Translations under genes and position numbers: made by a program
Part shown: one piece after another, positions 6,718 to 14,200 of the stretch
Position numbering within the stretch: position 1 is the stretch's first letter
Layout: the number at the start of each line of letters is the position of its first letter
Notes under the pieces: model-generated
What the model saw: only the letters and a program-made list of their open reading frames with translations
Databases searched by the model: none
What the model was told of the DNA's origin: nothing
Source: a virus
Direction: 5' to 3' (one strand)
DNA length: 17,216 nucleotides
IMG/VR virus record: IMGVR_UViG_3300043172_001413

Positions 6718-6790
6718 TATCGATAGCTCAGTGTAGAGCGCAAGAACGCTAATCTTGATGTCGTAGGCTCGAAACCTACTCGATGAACCA
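6717..6790 (+). tRNA. tRNA-like gene (74 nt with CCA) with an atypical anticodon loop ACGCUAA (C33; nominal anticodon GCU) and a short variable loop; identity and function uncertain
   Basis: Acceptor TTATCGA/TCGATGA (one G.U), D-arm GCTC-AGTGTA-GAGC, anticodon stem CAAGA/TCTTG, variable loop ATGTC, T-arm GTAGG-CTCGAAA-CCTAC (C54 again), discriminator A + CCA; a GCU anticodon without a long variable arm is not a normal tRNA-Ser. Confidence 0.6.
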
Positions 6791-6877
6791 AACAAAGCAT
6801 TTTCAACTTTTGTGACATTTATTATAAAATTTGTTCTTTGAAAAATGGGATCTGATATTTTTAATTGGCACATTTCC

Positions 6878-6896
6878 TAACTTTGGGAGCCTACAT
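6878..6896 (+). promoter_or_regulatory. -10-like TAACTT (6878..6883) plus GCNTACAT motif copy E (gccTACAT, 6889..6896)
   Basis: Same 8-nt gap between the -10-like hexamer and TACAT as in units D and F; no -35 at optimal spacing (TTGAAA lies 34 nt upstream). Confidence 0.3.
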
Positions 6897-7007
6897 TAGT
6901 TAATTTGGAGGTTCAATTCCTCCTCCCGGCACCACAAGTGCTTGATTTTCAAGTGCTTCTGATGCCGGGATGGCCAAATTGGTAAAGGCGACTGTCTTCA
7001 GAACAGT
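6897..7007 (+). ncRNA. Circularly permuted tRNA-like module: T-arm, acceptor 3' strand, ACCA, 29-nt linker hairpin, acceptor 5' strand, D-arm, complete anticodon arm with UCA
   Basis: GGAGG-TTCAATT-CCTCC (6907..6923), TCCCGGC-A-CCA (6924..6934), linker CAAGTGCTTGATTTTCAAGTGCTTCTGAT (imperfect inverted repeat), GCCGGGA (6964..6970, perfect complement of 6924..6930), TG, GCC-AAATTGGTAAA-GGC, G, ACTGT-CTTCAGA-ACAGT (6991..7007; U33, anticodon UCA, R37). Confidence 0.5.
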
Positions 7008-7067
7008 TTTAAAAAACTTGTTAACCTGCTCTTTTAACTTGAATGTGTCAATTTAAAATATCGGTCT

Positions 7068-7095
7068 TTGAAAAAAAAGGCATTTCACCTAATCT
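7068..7095 (+). promoter_or_regulatory. Candidate promoter for RNA F: -35 TTGAAA, 16 nt, -10 TAATCT
   Basis: TTGAAA 7068..7073; TAATCT 7090..7095; 8 nt upstream of TACAT (7104), matching the unit D geometry. Confidence 0.35.
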
Positions 7096-7100
7096 TTGGA

Positions 7101-7108
7101 GCCTACAT
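7101..7108 (+). promoter_or_regulatory. GCNTACAT motif copy F (gccTACAT)
   Basis: Motif copy preceding structured RNA F. Confidence 0.35.
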
Positions 7109-7227
7109 AAAAAATTCCGGTTCGACTCCGGGTTTCCCCGCCTGACAGACTTTAATAGGTCTACCAGGCGGGGAAACTAGCCGTGTGGATGGCATCAGAT
7201 AGTGAATCTGACAAAATAAATTTTTGT
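7109..7227 (+). ncRNA. Structured ncRNA F: T-arm-like hairpin (TCCGG-TTCGACT-CCGGG) followed by a perfect 13-bp hairpin and a 6-bp hairpin; 3' boundary uncertain
   Basis: 7116..7132 T-arm-like with canonical TTCGANT loop; GTTTCCCCGCCTG (7132..7144) / CAGGCGGGGAAAC (7165..7177) perfect inverted repeat with inner AGAC/GTCT; TCAGAT-AGTGA-ATCTGA 7195..7210. Confidence 0.3.
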
Positions 7228-7258
7228 TACTGCTCTTTTAACTTTGAAATGCTCTTTT

Positions 7259-7266
7259 AAATACAT
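7259..7266 (+). promoter_or_regulatory. Degenerate motif copy G (aaaTACAT)
   Basis: TACAT conserved but the upstream GC is replaced; precedes the last structured segment. Confidence 0.25.
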
Positions 7267-7392
7267 AGGATTGGGTGGTTACTCACCGAGTAATCTTTAT
7301 TTGGTTTGCCCAGCCCTCTCCTCAGAGTTACCTAGTTGGGCAATTAGCCGTAAGCCGGGAAGATTTTTCTTTAACTTCCCGGCTTATTTTTT
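7267..7392 (+). ncRNA. Structured RNA segment G (hairpins GGTTACTC-ACC-GAGTAATC and TTGCCCA...TGGGCAA) ending in the cluster terminator
   Basis: Inverted repeats read in the sequence; may be a 3' UTR-like tail of the F transcript rather than a separate RNA. Confidence 0.3.
7352..7392 (+). terminator. Rho-independent terminator: perfect 11-bp stem AAGCCGGGAAG/CTTCCCGGCTT, 12-nt loop, then ATTTTTT
   Basis: Inverted repeat 7352..7362 / 7375..7385 followed by T6 at 7387..7392; closes the RNA cluster 13 nt before the next CDS. Confidence 0.7.
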
Positions 7393-7404
7393 GTACCATT
7401 AAAT

Positions 7405-10050
7405 ATGAAATGTCCTATCTGTGGTAATTCCTATTTCTCTGATTTCTTGAAATGCCCCGCCTATAAAATCTGTCTCATCTGTAATTTATGCTGCCAAGAA
7501 ACTTTACCGGAAAAAGTATATGAAGGACTGGAAGAAAATGATGGGAAAGGTCCCGGTACAGGCCATGAAATGTCAAATGAAGAAAAATCTATTAATACAA
7601 ATCTCGCTAATTCCCTCTATCATATGTATCTTCCCCGGACTGTCCTGGATATCGGATCCAAATATCCTATTTTTCTCCATACTTTAAAAGACCGTGCAGA
7701 AGTACTGGGAATTGACGGTATCCCTGAAATTATTAAATATGGTGAGGAACTCGGTGTCCCGGTTATTAACACTGACTTTGAATCCATAGACATTACACCA
7801 TATAAGAATAAATTTGACCTGATAACCGTCATACATACCTTTGAGCATTTTTATAATCCATTTGAGACTCTAAAAAAGATTTTGGAGTGTCTGAGTTCTC
7901 GGGGAGTTCTCTATATGCGTATCCCGAATATGGACGTATCAGGCATTGACCGGGATTTTACTAAGCATCATTTAACGATCCACCCCTTTATTTATTCCAC
8001 GCAAGCTATGTATATGTTGAGTGAAAAACTGGGTTATGAGATATTCAGGATTGATGACCAGGGAGGGTACGGGCAGAGTGATTTTTTCTTCAGGAAAAGA
8101 AAGGATAAATTCACCCTTTCAGTATGTATGATTGTGAAAAATGAAGAAAAGAATATAACTGATTGTCTTGAGAGTATTAAAGACGTGGCAGATGAATTTG
8201 TGATCGTTGATACTGGATCTACGGATAGAACGAAAGAGGTGGTCTCAAAATACACCTCTAACATCTATGATTTCAAATGGATAGATGATTTTTCTGCTGC
8301 CCGGAATTTTTCTTTGAGTAAGGCTACCGGTGATTTTGTGCTCTGGCTCGATGCAGATGATATTGTAGAGAATCCAGAAGCTATTTTACCCTTGCTGAAG
8401 GAAAGTTTTGATGCCCATGATTTCAATATTATATATGGGAATGATAATTTCAGCCAGGCACGGTTGTTCCGAAATTTCAGAAATATCCGTTTTGCCGGCC
8501 GCGTGCATGAATACCCTGTGTTGGATGGTCTGTTTTTAGAGATTCAAACGGATTTACCCACACCACAACGGGTTATTTCTCATCAGCGGGAGACAAGAGT
8601 AAATGTGTATCATAAGACAGAGAAACACAGTACTGAGGACAGGTCAGAGAGAAACTACCGCATTTTAAAAAAAGAATTGGAAGAGGATCCAGATAATTCA
8701 CGGACTCTCTTTTATCTGGGTAACGTTTTGAAAGAATTAAAAAGTTATGATGAAGCTATTGAAACATACCGGAAATATCTGAAGGTTTCAACTTGGGTTG
8801 ATGAGAAATGGATGGCTCAAAAATATATAGGCTGTATACTTCTATGGCAGGGATATTATAAAGAAGCGATAGAGGAATTTAAAGGGGCTATTGAGATAGA
8901 TAATAGATGGGCAGAATCCTATTATTATATAGGGGAATGTCTTTTTTTATTAAAAGATTACGATGGATGTATTGATTGGATGTTGAAAGCTGTGGAGAAA
9001 AAGCCCCCTTTCTCACCCCTGTGGAAAGAAACATCTGTTTATCAGGATGCACCCTATCGTTATATTTTTGCTGTCTATGATGTAAAAGGAGATTACAAGA
9101 AAGCTATTCATTATTGTAAGAGAGCCTGCGAGAAAAAACCCGGGAATGAATGGCTTGAAGGCAGGTTATTACACTTTGAAAGTCTTCTTGGGGGCGATTT
9201 ACGCGTAATAGAGTGTTTCAGGCAGGGAGCACTGGGAGACTGTTTAATGACAACTGCAGCTCTGCGAGGTCTGAAAGAGAAAGATCCTGGATGTTTTATT
9301 CGATATGTAACGCATCCTCATAGTATGCAAATTCTTGAAGGTAATAAATATATCGATGAATTGGTTTCAGAATCAAAAGAAGAACATGCGCAGAAGATTT
9401 ACTTTTCCTATCCGGACAAGGACTCTCCGTTGGAGGATGAAGGGTATCCTGATAAACCTTTGAGCAGGCATTTGATAAAAATTTTCAATGAATGTGCTGG
9501 GTTACCTGATAATAGTATGGAAATGGAGTGTACTCTTTCTGAGAAAGAGGAAAATGTGGGTCGATCATTACGCCGTCAGTATAAGAAATATTTAACATTG
9601 CATGTTAAATCTGGATGGTCCGCTTATAAAGATTGGTATAATGACCGGTGGAGACTTGTTGTTGAAAAATTATTTCAAAGAGGTTATGTGACCGTACAAA
9701 TAGGTCACAAGGAGGATTTTTTATTAAGAAATACTGTTGATTTCCGGGGTCATACGATAAAAGAAGTTTTGTCTGCTATTAAATATGCTGATGTTCACAT
9801 GGGTATTGATAGTTTCACTAATCATGTTTCTGCGACGTTTTTTGCCCCTTCAGTGATTTTATTTGGTAGTACTTCACCTATAGGGTCAGGTTATGACCAG
9901 AACATAAATATTTACAAGGACTTGCCGTGTCAGCCCTGTTATCGGGAATATAAAAGTAAAGATCCGTGTCCATGTGGGAAGAAATGTATGAGTTTGATCA
10001 CGGTTGATGAGGTTCTGAAGAGCGTTATTAAACTTCTGGAAGAAAGATGA
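7405..10050 (+). CDS. 881-aa multidomain enzyme: N-terminal Cys-rich zinc ribbon, class I SAM methyltransferase, GT2 glycosyltransferase, TPR repeats, C-terminal GT9 (heptosyltransferase-like) glycosyltransferase
   Basis: CPICG...CPAYKICLICNLCC; VLDIGSK...FDLITVIHTFEHFYNP (methyltransferase motifs); LSVCMIVKNEE...VIVDTGSTD...WLDADD (GT2 DxD); TPR-like helices in the YLGNVLKELKSYDEAIETYRKYL region; GALGDCLMTT...HMGIDSFTNHVSATFFAPSVILFGSTSP (GT9 signature). Confidence 0.85.
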   Translation: MKCPICGNSYFSDFLKCPAYKICLICNLCCQETLPEKVYEGLEENDGKGPGTGHEMSNEEKSINTNLANSLYHMYLPRTVLDIGSKYPIFLHTLKDRAEVLGIDGIPEIIKYGEELGVPVINTDFESIDITPYKNKFDLITVIHTFEHFYNPFETLKKILECLSSRGVLYMRIPNMDVSGIDRDFTKHHLTIHPFIYSTQAMYMLSEKLGYEIFRIDDQGGYGQSDFFFRKRKDKFTLSVCMIVKNEEKNITDCLESIKDVADEFVIVDTGSTDRTKEVVSKYTSNIYDFKWIDDFSAARNFSLSKATGDFVLWLDADDIVENPEAILPLLKESFDAHDFNIIYGNDNFSQARLFRNFRNIRFAGRVHEYPVLDGLFLEIQTDLPTPQRVISHQRETRVNVYHKTEKHSTEDRSERNYRILKKELEEDPDNSRTLFYLGNVLKELKSYDEAIETYRKYLKVSTWVDEKWMAQKYIGCILLWQGYYKEAIEEFKGAIEIDNRWAESYYYIGECLFLLKDYDGCIDWMLKAVEKKPPFSPLWKETSVYQDAPYRYIFAVYDVKGDYKKAIHYCKRACEKKPGNEWLEGRLLHFESLLGGDLRVIECFRQGALGDCLMTTAALRGLKEKDPGCFIRYVTHPHSMQILEGNKYIDELVSESKEEHAQKIYFSYPDKDSPLEDEGYPDKPLSRHLIKIFNECAGLPDNSMEMECTLSEKEENVGRSLRRQYKKYLTLHVKSGWSAYKDWYNDRWRLVVEKLFQRGYVTVQIGHKEDFLLRNTVDFRGHTIKEVLSAIKYADVHMGIDSFTNHVSATFFAPSVILFGSTSPIGSGYDQNINIYKDLPCQPCYREYKSKDPCPCGKKCMSLITVDEVLKSVIKLLEER

Positions 10051-10055
10051 TAGGT

Positions 10056-10385
10056 TTATTCATAATACCGAAAGATAGGTTCAATTTTTTTTAGATATAA
10101 TTCACAAAATTTTTTCGTTTTTTCCGATTCTTCTTCAGTAGGTCCATCAAAAGTTTTGTCAATTTTTTTTGAGGATATTTCAAAAGTAATTGTGTAATGA
10201 TAACTTGATTGAAGATCTTCAGCTGAGAACTGTCCCAGACATTCGTATTTCCATTTTTTTGAGAAATACCCTTCCACTGTTTTTATTATTTTCTCACAAA
10301 TTTCATTTGCTTTTTCTTCATCCATAGCGATAACACTGATGTCAATAGTTTTTAATTCTTTTACTTCATGAATTGAGAATTTCAT
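10056..10385 (-). CDS. Hypothetical protein, 109 aa
   Basis: ORF with AGGAGAAAT SD-like sequence upstream; convergent with the glycosyltransferase gene; no family recognised. Confidence 0.45.
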   Translation of the reverse strand: MKFSIHEVKELKTIDISVIAMDEEKANEICEKIIKTVEGYFSKKWKYECLGQFSAEDLQSSYHYTITFEISSKKIDKTFDGPTEEESEKTKKFCELYLKKIEPIFRYYE

Positions 10386-10400
10386 TTATTTCTCCTTTTC

Positions 10401-11021
10401 TTAACTCTTATTTGCTACATAGGCTAAGCACGAATTCTTAGCTTCAATAATCTTAATAAAATCGTTTGCATTTCCACCTTTGTCCGGATGATATATTAAA
10501 GATAATTTTCTAAATGCTGTTTTAATACTATTTTCAGTAGCTTCAGATGTTAATCCCAACTTCTCGAAGGATTTAACTGGTGTAGGTATCGAAGCTTGTA
10601 TAAAAAAATTAGCAAAACGGTTAAACATATTATCAAAAGTACCAAAAGAACTAAAAGAACTAAAACTCTGCCACTCATAAAATCTTTGATTCTCTTCGCG
10701 CTGTTTATAATAAGCTGTTTCTTTCTTTTTAAGATAATCTCCAAACAATTCGTTTTTGACTTTAATAATTACAGTAGCATAAAAATATTTCCAAAGGCTT
10801 TCAGGTAAACCTTTTCCTTTAGCTTTGTTTGAAATACCATCGAATTTTTGCCTGATTTCCTTAATTACTATTTTAAAGCGATTATAATTAAAATTATTAG
10901 TTGATGCGAGGTATTCGATAACAGCCATAAAATCTGCGGTTAGATCGACTATGAAATTATTATGATTAAATTGCTCTTGAACGTCCAACTTATACTTTTT
11001 GATATATTCTTTTGGTTTCAT
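10401..11021 (-). CDS. J-domain (DnaJ-like) protein with a C-terminal J-domain, 206 aa
   Basis: LGLTSEATENSIKTAFRKLSLIYHPDKGG contains the diagnostic HPD tripeptide in J-domain helix II/III context; GAGGAG SD. Confidence 0.7.
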   Translation of the reverse strand: MKPKEYIKKYKLDVQEQFNHNNFIVDLTADFMAVIEYLASTNNFNYNRFKIVIKEIRQKFDGISNKAKGKGLPESLWKYFYATVIIKVKNELFGDYLKKKETAYYKQREENQRFYEWQSFSSFSSFGTFDNMFNRFANFFIQASIPTPVKSFEKLGLTSEATENSIKTAFRKLSLIYHPDKGGNANDFIKIIEAKNSCLAYVANKS

Positions 11022-11207
11022 ACTCCTCTTTCATTTTTCTTTCTTCCATTGATATTATACGTGATTTCGGATTGTATTATTCTTTTTTCTGAAAAATTTG
11101 TAATATTCTCTTAATACTTCATTATATCATAATTTCTATTCTAGTGGGATATATCCAGGGGTGTGATTAAAAGCGCACTAACCTCGGCAAAAAGCTAGGA
11201 GACCTTC

Positions 11208-14200
11208 ATGTCAAAGACCAAAAGAAAATGGATCTGTGGTGTTGGTGATTTACCTGATACCACTCAGAATTACAACGCTTTTCAAGCCTTACGTGCAGAA
11301 GACATTCCATACGATCCGACTCTAAGTATTAAAGATGCTATAGAATCTGGGCTGACCGGTGTTCAGGGGCCCACTGGAGCCACGGGTACTGGTATCCAGG
11401 GCGAGACAGGAGTCGCGGGTATTTATGGAGAAACGGGTGTACAGGGTCAAACTGGAATAGGAATTCAGGGAGAAACAGGTGTTGAAGGAATACAAGGTCA
11501 AACCGGAGCTTCGGGTGGTGGAGAAACAGGAATTCAGGGAGAAACAGGTGTTGAAGGAATACAAGGTCAAACCGGAGCTTCGGGTGGTGGAGAAACAGGG
11601 ATTCAGGGAGAAACAGGTGTTCAAGGAATTGCCGGACAAACCGGAGCTCTGGGGGGTGGAGACACAGGAGTCCAGGGCGAAACGGGTATCCAGGGAATTG
11701 CCGGACAAACTGGTGCGGGTATCCAGGGTCAGACGGGTGCTGGTATCCAGGGTCAAACAGGTATTCAAGGAGAGACTGGTGCTGGTACTCAGGGCGAAAC
11801 GGGTATCCAGGGAACGCAGGGTTCACAGGGCGAAACGGGTATTCAGGGCTATACAGGAGTCCAGGGAGAGACAGGAGTTCAGGGAACACAGGGAGAGACA
11901 GGAGTTCAGGGAACACAGGGCGAGACAGGAGTTCAGGGTGAGACCGGTACTGGTATCCAGGGAGAAACGGGTGTCGCTGGAGTAGCAGGAGAGACAGGAG
12001 TTCAGGGAGATCAGGGCGAGACAGGAGTAGCAGGAGTCGCAGGAGAGACGGGTGTCCAGGGAACACAGGGAGAGACAGGAGTACAGGGTCAGACGGGTGC
12101 TGGTATCCAGGGCGAGACAGGAGTTCAGGGAACACAGGGCGAGACAGGAGTTCAGGGTGAGACCGGTACTGGTATCCAGGGCGAAACGGGTGTCCAGGGA
12201 ACACAGGGCGAGACAGGAGTTCAGGGTGAGACCGGTACTGGTATTCAGGGCGAGACAGGAGTTCAGGGAGATCAGGGAGAGACAGGAGTACAGGGTGAGA
12301 TAGGTGAAACGGGTGTCCAAGGTGATATTGGTCCTCAAGGTCCAAGAGGAGACCAGGGGGAGACCGGAGTCCAGGGAATTCAAGGTATCCAAGGAACTAC
12401 AGGGGTCCAAGGTATCCAGGGTGTCACCGGGGTTCAGGGAGAAACAGGAATCCAGGGAACCCAGGGTAATCAAGGTGAAACAGGAGTTGAAGGTATACAG
12501 GGAGACACAGGTATAGCAGGTGTAGCTGGTGTCACGGGGACCCAAGGCTCACAGGGAGTAACAGGAGTTGAGGGTACACAGGGAGACACAGGTGCAGGTC
12601 TTCAAGGTGTTACGGGTATCCAAGGGATCCAAGGCCAGACAGGTGTACAGGGAGAGACCGGTATAGAGGGTGAAACTGGAATAGAGGGCTCTCAGTTTGT
12701 CGGTTTTATGTATAATGCTTTAACAAATAGTCAATCGGATACAGATCCAGGGACAGGGAAATTAAAATGGAGTACTGTTGGTCAGACAAATGCTGCTGAA
12801 TTATATGTAGATGATGAGGATAAAAACTCTATAGATTATAGTTCACTTTATATCACTTTAAAAAATAGTGATGTTATTCGTGTCCAGCGTCAGGAAAATC
12901 CCAAACAATTTCAAATTTTTAAAATAGATGCTGTTGTTGATAGAACAGGATGGTTTCGTTTTGAAGTTTCTTTTATTGTAAGTGGAGGTTCTGTTTTTAG
13001 TCTTAATGATAATCTTATTTTGATTTTTGAGATTTCTGGACCGCAGGGAGAGACAGGAGTAGCAGGAGAGACAGGAGTTCAGGGAGACACAGGTGTAGCA
13101 GGTGTAGCGGGGGAGACCGGAGTCCAGGGAGTTCAGGGTATCCAGGGTAATCAGGGCGAGACAGGAGTTCAGGGAGACACAGGAGCGGGAGTAGCCGGAG
13201 AGACAGGAGTTCAGGGAGACACAGGTATAGGTGTAGCGGGGGAGACCGGAGTCCAGGGAGTTCAGGGAGAGACAGGAGTAGCAGGAGAGACAGGAGTTCA
13301 GGGGACTCAGGGAGAGACAGGAGTACAGGGTCAGACGGGTGCTGGTATCCAGGGGGAGACCGGAGTTCAGGGAACACAAGGAGAGACTGGTTCTCAGGGT
13401 CAGACGGGTGCTGGTATCCAGGGCGAGACAGGAGTTCAGGGGACTCAGGGAGAGACTGGTTCTCAGGGTCAGACTGGTGCTGGTATCCAGGGCGAGACAG
13501 GAGTTCAGGGTACACAGGGAGAGACAGGTTCTCAGGGTCAGACTGGTGCTGGTATCCAGGGAGAGACAGGAGTTCAGGGTACACAGGGAGAGACAGGTTC
13601 TCAGGGTCAGACGGGTGCTGGTATCCAGGGAGAGACAGGAATTCAGGGTCAGACGGGTATTCAAGGAGTCACGGGAGAAACTGGAGTCGGTATCCAGGGA
13701 GAGACAGGAGTTCAGGGAACACAGGGAGAGACAGGAGTCCAGGGTCAGACTGGTGCTGGTATCCAGGGAGAAACAGGAATTCAGGGAACACAGGGAGTAA
13801 CAGGAGCTGGGATTCAAGGAGAGACAGGAGTTCAGGGAGCACAGGGCGATACAGGAGTTCAGGGAGCACAGGGCGAGACAGGAGTTCAGGGTCAGACGGG
13901 CGAGACAGGAGTTCAGGGCGAGACAGGAGTCGCGGGTGTAGCAGGAGAGACAGGAGTTGCGGGTATTCAGGGAGAGACCGGAAGTCAGGGTCAGACGGGT
14001 GTTCAGGGAGACACAGGTATAGCAGGTATAGCGGGGGAGACCGGAGTCCAGGGTAATCAGGGTATCCAGGGTAATCAGGGAGAGACAGGAGTTCAGGGTA
14101 CACAGGGAGAGACAGGTTCTCAGGGTCAGACGGGTGCTGGTATCCAGGGAGAGACAGGAATTCAGGGTCAGACGGGTATTCAAGGAGTCACGGGTATCCA

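Noticed and set aside
6691-6873. 60-aa minus-strand ORF in the RNA cluster
   Set aside because: It overlaps the well-formed tRNA-like gene at 6717..6790 and its promoter, has no SD, and lies in an AT-rich non-coding array.
6897-7007. Permuted (two-piece) tmRNA gene, which also has the order T-arm / acceptor 3' strand / CCA / loop / acceptor 5' strand
   Set aside because: The acceptor stem lacks the G3.U70 alanine identity pair (it is C3-G70). A genuine D-arm and a full anticodon arm follow instead of a tag-coding region and pseudoknots. No tag ORF with a resume codon is evident.
6262-7266. TACAT(T/A)A read as a sigma70 -10 hexamer
   Set aside because: A start site 7 nt downstream would fall inside tRNA-Val and the tRNA-like gene, which begin 0-3 nt after the motif. 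The motif is therefore a start-site or leader/processing element, not a -10.
11041-11207. Specific sigma70 promoter upstream of fibre gene 1 (TTGTAA at 11098..11103 with several possible -10 hexamers)
   Set aside because: The AT-rich region offers several equally poor -35/-10 combinations at non-optimal spacing, so none can be singled out from the sequence alone.
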